From the human T2T-CHM13v2.0 reference genome, Homo sapiens: a stretch of 64,000 bases of DNA. The stretch covers positions 21,024,001 to 21,088,000 of the forward strand of contig CP068257.2 in the NCBI GenBank assembly GCA_009914755.4, in the 5' to 3' direction. The notes below the pieces were generated by a model, which was given only the letters and a program-made list of their open reading frames with translations, had not been told where the DNA came from and searched no databases. Numbering within the stretch: position 1 is the first letter of the stretch; each line of letters opens with the position of its first letter. A program made the position numbers and the translations under genes. Positions 1-15,540 of this stretch are shown here, one piece after another.

Positions 1-633
1 AATAAATATGCTTTCAATTATCTACTATTACAGCATTTTCTTAAGATTGAGAAGAAAAAAATGTTCAAATCAAAGGACAAATTGTGTTTTAGATCCCTCC
101 CCCGAAAAAAGCATTCAAGCATTCAATACCCTTCAGCTTTGCATTCTTTAGATATTTTAAAATATTATTTAAACACATTTGAAATGAGACAATCAAATTA
201 AAGAGATTCTAAATTTAAAATTGCATCATAAAAGCAGTCATATTATGAGTAATTAACAACTCTAAATGTGTATACCTCTAATAACAGAGCTTTTTAATAC
301 AAGAAACAAAACCTGATAAAACTGCCCAGAGAAGTAGACAAAATCACAAACAAGTTGGAGATTTTAATGCATTCCTTCAATAATTGATAGTACGAGTAGA
401 CCAAAATCAGTCAGCGTATATAAAATGTGAGCAAAATTAATCAACCAGCTAGACCTTACTGAGAATCTTATAGCACATGCCACTAACAACAGTAGACTAC
501 AAATTTGTTTTAAGTGATTACAGAACATTTACCAAGCTAGGTTGTTCTGGGCCATAATAAGTCTCATAAATTTAAGATGAGTCAAGTCATTCAAATTATA
601 TTATCTGTCCATATAGAAATAAACCAGAAATCC

Positions 634-940
634 GGCCTGGCACGGTGGCTCAACGCCTGTAATCCCAGCACTCTGGGAGGCCGAGGTGGGCGGATCACGA
701 GGTCAGGAGATCGAGACCATCCTGGCTAACATGGTGAAACCCCGTCTCTACTAAAAGTACCAAAAAAATTAGCCAGGCGTGGTGGCGGGCACCTGTAGTC
801 CCAGCTACTCAGGAGGCTGAGGCAGGAGAATGGCTTGAACCCAGGAGGCGGAGCTTGCAGTGGGCCGAGATCACGCCACTGCCCTCCAGCCTGGGTGAAA
901 GTTGCAAGACTCCGTCTCAAAAAAAAAAAAAAAAAAAAAG
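634..940 (+). mobile_element. Alu SINE (AluY-like), full dimer with ~26-nt pure poly-A tail
   Basis: Canonical ggccgggcacggtggctca...tccgtctcaaaaaa body. Perfect 21-bp TSD atagaaataaaccagaaatcc at 613-633 and 941-961. Confidence 0.95.
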
Positions 941-995
941 ATAGAAATAAACCAGAAATCCATACAAGAAATATCTCTGTTCAAAGAAGAAATCA

Positions 996-1408
<413 letters not shown>

Positions 1409-1525
1409 CTAAATAAAAATGTAAACACAGTATATTGAAATTTGTGGGATGCCACTTAAGCAGTAATTTTGAGGAAATTCATAGCCTTGGATACACATAT
1501 TGGAAAGAATGACTCAGTTTCTACA

Positions 1526-1672
1526 GAAGAAAAGAAAGCAAGAAAGCGAGAGAGAAAGAGAGCAAAAGAATGAAAGAAAGAAAGAGAAAGAAAGAAAGAG
1601 AAAGAAAAGAGAGAGACAGAGAGAAAGAGAGACAAAAGAAAGGAAAAGAAAGGAAAAGAAAAGAAAAAAGAG
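1526..1672. repeat. Purine-rich simple repeat (GAAA/GAGA)n
   Basis: Near-pure A/G run (agaaagagaaagaaagaaag...). Explains ORFs 1500-1706 (+) and 1514-1696 (-). Confidence 0.9.
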
Positions 1673-3876
1673 CGAGCTAAGGGGCCAAAAAAACACAGAA
1701 AATTAAAGAGTTCAGGTCTTTGTTAAAAATCTATGTGATTTTTTTCAGGCCTGGCTGTAGGTAATTCTAAAGGCTTTACCTGGAGGGTCTCACAGGAAGA
1801 AGCTGCCCACCTCACACCTGACTTGGTGCACAGCCAGTGCAATGCAGTCTCTGAAGGGAGTTGCAGTCAAGGACTCAGGTCCCTTGGCCAAGTATACTCT
1901 TAAGCATGTCTGTATTCCTAGCCTAGATGCCTTAATTTGGAGATCTCTTTATTTATGGCCTTACGGTGAGGCCTTCCTCAGGTACCCCTGCAGGAAATTT
2001 GTTTATAAGGGAAGAAGTGGAAAACTAGGAAGATAGTTTTCTTCACTCTGACTCAGTACTCCTCCACCCGTAAAACTTCCTCCTCTCCTCCTTCACCCAC
2101 AGGTCCGCAAAACTGCAAGAGACTTTCATTTGGGGGTGCCTCAGCCGCGAAATGAACTCCACATGTGTACTCATCCACCTGACCCTCCACCAGTGGGTGC
2201 GTTTCAAGTGGGGAAAATGAAACAGTGTGGAGCAGGGCTTTCTCCAGTTTATCCTGTTGTTTATACAGAATGAGTAAAGGAATACATACTTGGTTAAAAC
2301 GTTCGTTTTGGCTTGGTTTCATTGGTGGCTGGTCTTACACCTTAAAGCTCAGTTCGTTCCATCTTTAGCAGAGCTCCTGGTAAAAAATAGCATATTAAAC
2401 ACAAAGTAAGTAAAAGAAAAGAAGTAATAAAGATCAGAGTAGAAATCAATGTAATAGTAAACAGAAAAGCAATAGGTAAAATGAATGACACCAAAAGCTG
2501 ATGCTTTGAAAATATCACCAAAGTTGATAAACCTCCAGCTAGACTGTTTGATCAGTGAGAAAATAAAAAATAGAAAAAGAAAAAAAATTGACAGCGTGTG
2601 AAAATGGCCAGTATCAGAAATGAGAGGAATGATTTCATTTTAGATAATACAGATATCAAAAGGATAAAAATGGAATATTATAAATAACTTTATGCCAATG
2701 AATTTGACAGTTTATATAAAAGAAACAAATTTCTTAACACAAACTAGAGAAACTACCTCAAGAACAAGAAATTCCTATGTAACATGAATAGCCTTCTATC
2801 TATTAAATATATTAAATTTCTAGTTAAAATCCTTCTCACATGGAAACCTCTGAGCCCAAATGTCTGCACAAGTGCAGTGAATTTTCCAAAACATTTAAGG
2901 TAGAAATGACGCCAATTCTACACAAACTCCTCCAGAAAATTAAAAAAAAAGACTTCCAACTCATTTATGAGCCCAGTATTATTCTAACACTAAAATTAAC
3001 AACCAGATTACAAAAAGCAACAGAAAAAAAGAAGATTAATATTACTTTTGAAAATAAATTAAGAAATTCTAAACAATGATTTAGCAAATGGGATTCAGCA
3101 ATGTAAAAATAATAATGCATCATGATTGCATCATCCAAGGGAAAGCTTTCCCACCACCCTTTTCTACAGGCTCACTGGAAATGAACTGACAATAGAAAAT
3201 CTAATAGGAGAGAAGGCATAAAGATTTATTTAATATTCATAAGAATGGGGGAATATCATGAGGATTACCCAAGAACTCAGTGAAGTCTAGAAGTTTATAT
3301 ACCCATTTTCATAGGGGAAAGAAAGACGAGAATGTCAGAGTAAATGATTTTGGGAGATTCTCTTCAGAAATTGAATGGACTGAGGAAACAAACAATGGCT
3401 TGAAACAAAGTTTGAAGTTTATTTGGGCTCTAGATATGGTGTTTAATTTTCAGTCTTTCTCTGTGAAGTGAGTTTTAATCTCTGATTAATGAAATTTTAG
3501 GGAGGGGATGGAAGGTAACTGTGTTGCTCTTTGGAGATCTGCTTTTGAGGTAGATAAGGAAATTTCTGAGAACAGATACAGAAAATTGAGAGACAGGAGG
3601 GAATTGAAGTGGGTCAGAGAGACTATCAGGCTGCTTTTTTAGTTCAGCATATCAAAGCACCATATTTCAGAATTTCAGAATATCATTTTCTGGATCATTT
3701 CCCAACATGATCAGGAAGAATTTATCCAAGGAGTGCAAGGCTGATTAGAAAGTCAATCCATGCAATTCATTGACTTAACAAAAAGGGGGGGAAAAACAAA
3801 AGAAATTATCTGATTAAATTTAGACAAAGCATTTCTCAAAATCCAATACTCATTCTTCATAAAATGTTTTCATGAC

Positions 3877-6171
3877 TGATATGGTTTGGCTTTGTCCTCC
3901 CTCAAACCTCATCTTGAATTTTAGCTCCCAACATTCCCCACATGTTGTGGGAGGGACCTGGTGGTAGGTAACTGAATCATGGGTGTTGGTCTTTTCCATG
4001 CTATTCTTGTGATAGTAAGTCTCACGAGATCTGATGGCTTTACAAAGAGGAGTTCCCCTGCACAAGCTCTTTTGTTTTGCCTGCCACCATACATGTAAGA
4101 TGTGACTTGCTCCTCCTTGACTTCTGCCATAATTGTGAGGTCTCCCCATCCATGTGGAACTGTAAGTCCATTAAACCTCTTTTTATTTTGTCTCGGATAT
4201 GTCTTTATCAGCAGTGTGAAAATGAAATATTACAGTAAATTGGTACTAATTGACTGGGGTGCTGCTGAAAGGATACCTGAAATTGTGGAAGCAACTTTGG
4301 AACTGGGTAACAGGCAGAGGTTGGAACAGTTTGGAGAGCTCAAAAGAAGATAGGAAAATGTGGGAAATTTTGGAAATTCCTAGAGACGTGTTAAATGGCT
4401 TTGACAAAAATGTTGATAGTGATATGAACAGTAAGGTCCAGGCTAAGGTGGTCTCACACAGAGATGAAGAACTTGTTGGGAATTAGAGCAAGGGCGACTT
4501 TTGTTATATTTTGTCAAAGAGACTGGTGGCATTTTGCTCTTGCCCTAGAGACTTGTGGAACTTTGAACTTGAGAGAGATGATTTATAGTATCTGGCAAAA
4601 GAAATTTGGCAGCAAAGAATTCAAGAGGTACTTGGGTGTTGCTAAAGGCATTCAGTTTTATAAGGGAAACAGAGCATAAAACTTTGGAAAATGCGCAGCC
4701 TGACAATAAGATAGAAAAGAAAATCCCATTTTTCTGAGGAGAAATTCAGGCTGGTTGCAGAAATTTGCATAAGCAACAAGGAGGCAAATGTTAATCACAA
4801 AGACAACGGGGAAAATGTCTCCAGAGCATGTCAGAGACCCTTGCGGCAGCCCCTTCCATCACAGGCCCAGAGACCTGGAAGGAAAAAATGGTTTTGCGGG
4901 CTGGCCCCAGGGTTCCTCTGCTTTGTGCAGTCTAGAGACTTGCTGCACTGCATCCCAGCCACTCCAGCCGTGATCGAAAGGGGCCATTGTAGAGTTTGGG
5001 CCATGACTTCACAGGACACAAGCCCCAAGCCTTAGCAGCTTCTTCGTGGTGTTAAGCCTGCAAGTGCGCAGAAGTCATAAATTGGGGTTTGGGAACCTCC
5101 ATCTAGATTTTGGAGGATGTACGGAAATGCCTGGATGCCCATTCAGAAGTTTGCTGCAGGGGCATGACCTTCATGGAGAACCTCTGCTAGAGCAGTGCAA
5201 AAGGGAAATGTGGGGTCAGAACCCCCATACAGAGTTCTCACTGGAGTACCCGCCTAAAGGAGCTGTAAGAAGAGGTCCACTGTCTTCCAGACCCCAGAAT
5301 GGTAGATCCACTGACAGTTTGTGCCATGAGCCTGGAAAAGCCACAGACACTCAACGCCAGCCCATGAAAGCAGCCAGGAGAGAGGCTGTACCTTGCAAAG
5401 CCACAGGGTTGGAACTTCCCAAGACCATGGTAACCCACCTCTTGCATCAGTGTGACCCAGATGTGAGACATGGAGTCAAAGGAGATCATTTTGGAGCTTT
5501 AAGATTTGACTGCTCCACTGGATTTTGGACATGCATGGGCCCTGTAGCCCCTTTGTTTTGGCCAATCTCACCCATTTGGAACAGCTGTATTTAACCAATA
5601 TCTGTACCCCCATTGTATCTTGGAAGTAACTAGCTTGCTTTGGATTTTACAGGCTCATAGGTGAAAGGGACTTGTCTTAGATCAGACTTTGGACTGTGGG
5701 CTTTTGAGTTAATGCTGAAATGAGTTAAGACTTTGGGGGACTGTCGGGAAGGCATGATTGGTTTTAAAATGTGAGGACATGAGATTTGGGAGGGGCCAGG
5801 GGCAGAATGATATGGTTTGGCTGTGTCCCCCACCAAATCTTATCTTGAATTGTAGTTCCCAACATTCCCACATGTTGTGAGAGGGACCCAGGGGGAGGTA
5901 ACTGAGTCATGGGGGAGGGTCTTTCCTGTGCTATTCTTGTGATAGTGAATAAGTCTCACAAGATCTGATGGTTTTATAAAGAGGAGTTCCCTTGCACAAC
6001 TCCCTCTCTTTTTGCCTGTTGCCTTCCATGTAAGATGTGACTTGCTCCTCCTTGCCTCCTCTGATGATTGTGAGGCCTCCCCAGCCATATGGAATTGTAA
6101 GTTCATTAAACCTCGTTTTCTTCCCACTCTTGGGTATGTCTTTATCAGCTGTGTGAAAATGGACTAATACA
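3877..6171 (+). mobile_element. Full-length THE1-class MaLR (ERVL-MaLR) element: 5' LTR 3877-4235, internal 4236-5807, 3' LTR 5808-6171
   Basis: Both LTRs begin tgatatggtttggct...tcatcttgaatt and end tgtgaaaatg(g/a)a(c/a)taatacaa. Internal part matches THE1-int strings (taaattggtac..., gtggaagcaactttggaactgggtaacaggcagaggttggaacagtttggag, gccaatctcacccatttggaacagctgtatttaaccaat). The 182-aa ORF 5046-5594 lies in the internal region. Confidence 0.85.
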
Positions 6172-7887
6172 ACAACTTAATATAAAAGAGACTTCTTCAA
6201 CATAGTAAAGATAATCTATCATAGCTCAATGACTAAAATATATTTAATAATGAAAGAAATAAGGGTTATCAGTAAAACAGGGGAACAAGAAAAGGGAGGT
6301 CACTTTCACTTTTTCAATTCAACTTTGTACTGGAGATCCTAGCCAGGAAAAAGAGACAAGAAAATAAAAAAGGCAACTAAATCAAAAAGGAAAAAAAATA
6401 AAGCTTTCTTTAAACCCATCTATACATATTTTATATGTCAGAAATTATAAATAATCTTCAATTTATAACCAAATGTCATTATTTAAAAGTAAAGTGCACT
6501 CTCAAAGTCTCAAATATCACTTCATAGTTCTAAGTCAGATTTATTTAAAAAGTACTTATAAAAGGTATTGCCTTTTAATCTGAAGTTAAAAGACAATACA
6601 GAGATACCCATAACATGATTTGTTTCAGAAATAATTTTTAAAATCTACCAAGCATGAGTTCAGCACTTTGAAATAAGAAATGTGTTCCCATGTTTTCATA
6701 TTTTAAAAATATTTCTATGAATCTTATGTTTTTATAGATATTTTCATATTATGCATTATAAAAATAGTTTTAATTAATCACCTGCATTTTTACTGTAATA
6801 TTATTCTTTATAGTACAGATTTTATTAGCAGAGTTAGTTTTGAAGCCTATCAATGAGATCTAAATTTAAGATAATATTTTATAGCAAAAAATAATCTTTC
6901 CATGCATTTTCAAATTTATGACTATAATGTGTGCTTTAAGGATTCTTCAATGAAGCAGAAGAAAAAGTTAAGCAAGTAATCATCTATTGTATGGATAAAC
7001 AGCTTCCTTTAAATTGAAAAAGATATTAACCTAGGTATTTACACTACTGAACAATACCTGTAGTAAGTAATTCACATAATTATCCTGGAAATATCATTAT
7101 TATATGACTAAATATCATGAAAAAGCCATTTTTAAAATTTGGCTTAAGCAAAAGCAAAGTTTTCCAACTGATTGCCTTATTATAAAGACTACTCAGAATA
7201 GTTGTCAGGTAGCATGTAATACATAAAAACATACAGGGACAAAACCAGCAATGATATTATAACATCAATAAACACATTGAAATTGAATTTCTTTTGTTTG
7301 TTCCTATTTCAACTCATTTGGACAGACAGCATTTATTTTAGTATATTTTGAAGGTTAATGGATCTATTTTTATAGTGGCATTATTTATTTCTTGCTGCCT
7401 GGTAAAACACTGTAACAACAGTGTTAGATTTTATTTCAATAACCTTCACCTAATTGCATTTACTCATTTCAACATTTCATTTTCCTTTTCGAATTCACTA
7501 TTATCTGTAAGCATGTAAAACTTTTGTTTTAGGAGAATATGCCAAAATATTACAGAATTCGCTTTTTACTTCATGAATTATTAATTTGTATATATGCCTC
7601 TTTATTTGACTGAGGCCAGCATAAAAGGAAAGGATAAGATGTTAGATTTTTATTCACCTGTCTTAAAATTATCACATAAGTGTAATAATTCCATAGCCAT
7701 CTTTTCTCTGTTGTTTCTCATTAAAAATTTTCGATAGTGAAAATGGTGCCTCGTATATAATATGAATGAAATATAGCCTCTTGAGAATAGTTCTTATTTT
7801 ATGTGCTTAAAGGAGATCCATATACACTTGGCCCAATCATGGAGATCCCCTGAAAAAATTTTCTATATGCATAAATGGACTATTACT

Positions 7888-8085
7888 TTTTCTTTCTTTC
7901 CTTCCTTCCTTCCTTCCTTCCTTCCTTCCTTCCTTCCTTCCTTCCTCCCTCCCTCCCTCCTTTCTTTCTTCTTTCTTTCTTCTTTTTCTTTCTCTCATTC
8001 TCTCATTCTCTATGTCTCTATTCTTTCTTTCTTTCTTTTTTCTTTTTCTTTCTCTCATTCTCTATGTCTCTATCTCAGTCTAAGG
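7888..8085. repeat. Polypyrimidine microsatellite block (TTCC)n, (CCCT)n, (TCTTT)n
   Basis: About 200 bp of nearly pure C/T on the + strand. Explains ORFs 7801-8166, 7837-8058 and 7875-8177. Confidence 0.95.
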
Positions 8086-9490
8086 GGATCTTTCGCCACA
8101 AGGAAGGTTTTTTACACCTATGCTGGTTGGACTGGCAGTACCGGAGAGGTAATCATCCCAGAGTGACCCTACATTAATGAGGGAAAAAATTTGGTGAATA
8201 AATACTCTAGCATCCTCAGAAAATAAAGCCACATTTTTACGGCATGTTCTCTTGGTATTTCAGAAAGTTCTCAGCAGAATTGAGCCCCAGTATCCCTTTG
8301 AGATGATATGCTCATGAGTACCTCCTTTGTTGGCTCCTTTCTTCTTCTTTGTGTTTCACTTCCCCACTTCCCTATCACACCCGTGTTCACCAGGATTACC
8401 TTAGAAATACTACTTGTCTCAAGGTCTCCCTTTAGGTTAATCTAGACTAAGACTGTACAACGTAAAACAATGCATGTTCCAGGATGTCGTAACTAGTATA
8501 ATTTGAGATGCAACTATATTTGAATAGGATTGATTATTTTGAAATACAAAATACACTATTTGGAAACATTTTGTTTCCATTCATTTATGAATCTATTCAA
8601 TCTTGAAAATACTATAAAACACAAAGGAGCATATTTTAAATCCAGTTTATATATACAAACTAAACAACCATAAAAATAAATCATAAATCTCACAGTATAA
8701 CACTGATACTTCAAAAAAAAAAAAGAAAAATTATCTCTTTATATTGAAAACCTCCAGTCTTATTTGTTATTTACTTAAGGTAGCTAGTCTTAGAATTTTT
8801 GGAGCAATATACGTTGATAAGATTTGAGAAACTTTAAATTGAAATTGATTGCATAAGAATAAGAACAAAGGTAGCAATATATTTGAGTGCACTGAGTGCA
8901 GTACATATTGACAAAAGCTCTCCTAGTCTAAACCCTGGCTGGCATCCTTTCAGCCCAGTTCTCAACTAGTTTTTAACTTTGGCCTGTAAAAAACTACAGA
9001 TTCTCAGCATAAATGATCCATTGCACCAGCTCCCACCCCTGAGAGTCTTAAACACCAGCATAATTTCTAACATCTCAAGGCCGTATACCTAAGACAAAGA
9101 TTGCAGCCCCTTTAAGTTCCTTCCTGGGAAATTTCAGGGTTGCCAAAATAATTTACTGTTTGTTCCAGTCAAAACTTGAAGATAGGGTCCCACTGTTTCC
9201 CAGTCTCTGTCAGAGGATTGGTCCCTAACTTTGGTAAATGCCAGTTAGCGAACCCAGGTGACCTAATCATGTTGTTCAGTCCTTCTTTCTGCTTTTTGTG
9301 AAATTCCACTCCGCTAAGCCCCTGCCTTTCCCCCTCTCTATTTTCTCATTCTCCCTTGAAAATACCTGGTTGCTTCTGCACAAATCCAAGTTGATTTCAG
9401 TTCATGCTGAACCCTCTTCCATATTGGTGTAGTTATTGAATAAAATCTATCATTACCACTTTAAGTAGTGTCTAGTTTTATCTCTTTCTT

Positions 9491-9792
9491 GTTTATTTGT
9501 TTTTGAGGTGGGGTCTCAGTCTGTCTCCTCGACTGGCGTGCAGTGGAGTGATCTCGGCTCACTGCAACCTCCATATTACAGGCGCAGGTGATTCTCCCAC
9601 CTCAGCCATCTGAGTAGCTGGGATTACAGTTGCGCACCACCATGTACTGCTATTTTTTTTTTTTGTATTTTTAGTAGACACGGGGTTTTGCTATGTTTCC
9701 CAGGCTGGTCTCAAACTCCTGAGCTCAAGCAATCTGCTTTCCTTGGCCTCCCAGAGTGCTGAGATTACAGGCATGAGCCACCATGCCCAGCC
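9491..9792 (-). mobile_element. Alu SINE (older, AluJ/S-like)
   Basis: Reverse-complement Alu: poly-T then gaggtggggtctcag...ggctggtctcaaactcctgagctcaagcaatc...ggcatgagccaccatgcccagcc. Confidence 0.85.
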
Positions 9793-11267
9793 TTGGTTAT
9801 ATCATTGACAATACATCCCTTATGATTTTAAATATGCTACCTTGTCTCAGATTATTATTTATTTGATTTATTCAATTAATATTTATTATACTTACTACAT
9901 ATCAATAATTCTTCAGAGAGCTGGTTACAAACAGGATTCATGTTCTTAATAATGTCATCCCAGTGCAAAAAGAGAAAACAAGTAAGCAAATACAATGTTA
10001 TCACTGTTTATCAAAAATGTTCTTGTAGGAAAGAAAATACAGTTGTCTGTTTGGGTGGTCAAGAAATACTTCTGAGGATGTGGGATTTCACATGTCATGT
10101 AGAAATGAAAATGTGATAGACACGGAATTTGAGGAAATAGTGCTTGGAATACAGAAGTCGGCATCAGCAATTGAAATGAAACTGGACAGGGCCCATATGC
10201 TCTAGGAACTAACAAACAATGGTTTGGCTGGGGCTTGTACAAAGCTATAATAAAAAGAACCAGGTTAAATTCAAGATATATGTATAGACAAGTTGTGCAA
10301 AGACCTTCAGGTTATATAAAAAGGTTTGAATTTCATTCTAAGTGTAATGAGAAATAATTAGAGCATCTTAAGCAGCTGAATAATGTACTCTGATTACATT
10401 TTAAATAGCTAACTCTGGCTCTTTGTAAATACTGAGTTTAGGCAAATGAGAATGGAAGCAGGAAGAACAAGTAGAAGATAACTGAAATAGTCCAGTGTAG
10501 ATGGGAATACACAGGATCTCTCCCACTCCCAGTACCATAAAGAATGAAGATATAATGTCATCAGTTGAGGGTTACGATAAAATTAACACTGTGTATCTGA
10601 GGTTGAAAATAAATCAGAAGTAGATATCACAGGGATGTCTCTGAAGGACTTTTAGGTAGTCTAGTGGTTGTAATTCTTACTATTTATGGAATGCAGTTCA
10701 CTCACCATTTTATGTATTTGTCATTGCATGATCACATTCCTGTGTGTAAGAGTGACAATTACAATATATATTAATTGGTATGACCTGGGCCACTAATAAT
10801 CACAATAGATGGAGGCTATAAAGAACGATTACAGTCATAGTGGACTATAGTCTTAAAAATTCCCTGTAAACATATAGATTACATTATCATTAAATATAAA
10901 GTAAAAATACTATTACAGGGTTTACTACTATGTAGAACTTATATAGACAATGGTATAGGATATCTGTGTTTGAAATATGTACTTGCAGGAAAGTAAGACC
11001 TCTGTAATTAAGCTAGCAACAATCATGTAATTGATAGCATTAGAATGTGTTTAGTCATACAATATCTGCATATTTTATATAACATTGCCTTTAAGAAATA
11101 TAAACACAAAAATGAATTGATTAATTATATGTTGGTTAATTGGTTTTATTACATTTAAGAGGTTATGTCTATCAAAAGTCACCACTAAGAGACTGAAGGA
11201 CATTGACTAGAAGTCCAATCATAAGACATATATCCAACAAAGAAGACCTATACAGAAGACATAATTA

Positions 11268-12531
<1,264 letters not shown>

Positions 12532-13307
12532 TCAAGAAAGTCACCATATCCATCAGCCCCCAGATTTTTCTCATGAGCCTTTAAAATACTTTCCTCAAAC
12601 TGGTTGATAGACTTCTTAAAAAGTTCTTGCTTGTTTATATATAGTTTTTTAGTTAATTTCAGATAGATTGTATTGTAATTTACAATTGCAATTTTTGATT
12701 TGGAAATTTCTCCTTGAAGCACAAACAGTTTTAATTTATGTATTTCTGAAATTCTGTTATTAGGTAGTACATATTTAGAGTAATTATGTCTTCTTGAAGA
12801 ACTGACTCCTTGATCAATATGGAAGGGTTTTCCTTATCATTAGTACTAAGATATTTTCTGAAATCTATTTATCTGATATTAATATATGCAGCATTCTTTT
12901 GATTAGTTTTATCATGGTAACATTTCCTATGCTATTGTTTTTAATCTATTTTGGTTTTATATTTAAATTGAGTTTTTGTAGGAAGCATTAAGTTATTATT
13001 TTCTTATTTGATCTTTCAATCTGGCAATTTAATTGTCATGTTTAGAGCACATATATTTAATATGATTATTGGTATAGTGTTTGAAATCTATCATCTTGAT
13101 ACTTATTTTAAAGTGATTCCTTATGTTCTTTCTTTCCTTTTACCTTTTTCCACTGTACTTTTTTTTTTTTTTTCGGCTTACTTGAGTATTTGTTTCAGAT
13201 TCTATTTTATCCCTGTTACTGGCCTATTACTTTAACCCTTACTTCTGTTATTTTAGTTGTTGCTTTACGGTTTATAACAAACATCATTACTTATAAAACT
13301 TAACTCT

Positions 13308-13598
<291 letters not shown>

Positions 13599-13622
13599 TC
13601 AACTCTCATTTAATATGTTGCC

Positions 13623-13939
<317 letters not shown>

Positions 13940-14239
13940 TAGCATAAGACTCTTAAAATAGTATGCTTCTGTTTACCTCTTATCAGGCTCTGTGCTATAA
14001 AAATTTGTTTATACACATTTTATTTTTCCTATATTATAAAGTTCAGACTACATTGGTATATGTTTTGTTTAAAATGTCAGTTGTTCTTTTTAATATTCAA
14101 ATAATAAGAAATAATCTTACATAGTTACCAACTGTTACCATGTTATTACTCTTAATTCATTTTTTTCCTTTAATATTTCCATCTAGTTTCATTTTCTGTC
14201 ATTTTAAGGGGTTCCTTTTCATTTCTGGTGATGGTTAAT

Positions 14240-14620
14240 AATGAGTGTCAAATTTATTGGACTGAAGGATGAAAAGGATGAAAATTGATCCTTGGTGTGT
14301 CTGTGAGGGTGTTGCCAAAAGAGGTTAACATTTGATTCAGTGGGCCAGGAAAGGCAGACTCACCATAATCTGGGTGGGCACCATCTAATCAACTGACGGT
14401 GAGGCCTGAATATAAAGAGGGAAGAAAACATGAAAAGGCTAGACTGGCCTAGCCTCCCAGCCTACATCTTTCTCCCATGCTGGATGCTTCCTGCCCTCGA
14501 ACATCAGACTCCAAGTTCTTTAGTGTTGGGACTCGGACTGGCTTCCTTGCTCTTCAGCTTGCAGATGGCCTATTGTGGGACCTTGTGATCAGGATTTGTT
14601 CTAGAGAAATGGAATATTAA
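14240..14620 (+). mobile_element. MaLR LTR fragment (MLT1-like)
   Basis: Strings typical of MLT1-type LTRs: ctgggtgggcaccatctaatcaactg..., gcctacatctttctcccatgctggatgcttcctgccctcgaacatcagactccaagttcttt, cttgcagatggcctattgtgggaccttgtgatc. Confidence 0.5.
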
Positions 14621-14624
14621 GGAT

Positions 14625-15540
14625 GGAATTCTTTCATTGGTTTTGGGGTTTCTGGAGTGGCTGGGACGCAGGGCACTAAGTCCCTAGACTGCACACATCA
14701 CAGGGACCCTGGGCCTGGCCCATAAAACCACTTTTTTCTCCTAAACCTCTGGGCCTGTGATGGGAGGGGCTGCCACAAAGGTCTCTGATGTGCCCTGGAG
14801 ACATTTCCCCCATTGTCTTAGTGACTAACATTTGGCTCCTCCTTACTGATGCAAATTTCTGCAGCTGGCTTGTATTTCTCCTCAGAAAATGATATTTTCT
14901 TTTCTATTGCATTGTCAGATTGCAAATTTTCTGAACTTTCATGCTCTGTTTCCCTTTTAAAACTGAATGCGTTTAACAGCACCCAAGCCTTCCACCAGAA
15001 ACCCTAAATCATCTCTCTCAAGTTCAAAGTTCCACAAATCTCCAGAGCAGGGCAAAATGCTGCCAGTCTCTTTGCTAAAATACAACAAGAGTCACCTTTG
15101 CTCTAGTTCCCAACAAGTTCCTCATCTCCATCTGAGACCACTTCAGCCTGAACTTCATTGTCCATTTCATTATCAGCATTTTTATCAAAGCCATTCAACA
15201 AGTCTCTAGAGAGTTCCAAACTTCCCCTCATTTTCCTTCTTCTTCTGAGCCCTCCAAACTGTTCCAAACTCTACCTGTTACCCAGTTCCAAAGTTGCTTC
15301 CACATTTTCAGGTATCTTTTCAGCAGCACCCCACTCTACTTGTACTAATTCACTGTATTAGTTCGTTTTCACACTGCTGATAAAGACATACCCAAAACTG
15401 GGCAATTTACAAAAAAAAGAGGTTTAATGGACTTACAGTTCCCAGTGGCTTGGGAGGCTTTACAATCATGGCGGAAGGTGAAAGGCATGTCTCACATGGC
15501 AGTAGACAAGAGAAGAGAGCTTGTGCAGGGAAGCTCCCAT
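14625..15540 (-). mobile_element. Partial THE1/MST-type MaLR element in reverse: internal region 14625-15353 plus truncated 5' LTR 15354-15540
   Basis: Reverse complement of 15300-15360 reads ...gaactaatacagtgaattagtac...gtggggtgctgctgaaaagatacctgaaaatgtggaagcaactttggaactgggtaacagg, the LTR/internal junction. 15354-15540 is the reverse complement of a MaLR LTR 3' part (tgataaagacatacccaaaactgggcaatttac...ggacttacagttccc). Explains ORFs 14967-15209 and 15158-15361. Confidence 0.7.

Noticed and set aside
5046-5594. 182-aa ORF, the longest plus-strand ORF in the first 10 kb
   Set aside because: It lies entirely inside the internal region of the THE1-class MaLR element. MaLR internals are non-coding relics, and the frame has no recognisable domain. 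It is a chance open frame in GC-richer repeat sequence.
8900-9490. LTR-like unique block ending in ttattgaataaaatctatcattacc just upstream of an Alu
   Set aside because: It has an AATAAA and an LTR-like feel but no recognisable termini, TSD or family match by eye, which is not enough to call.
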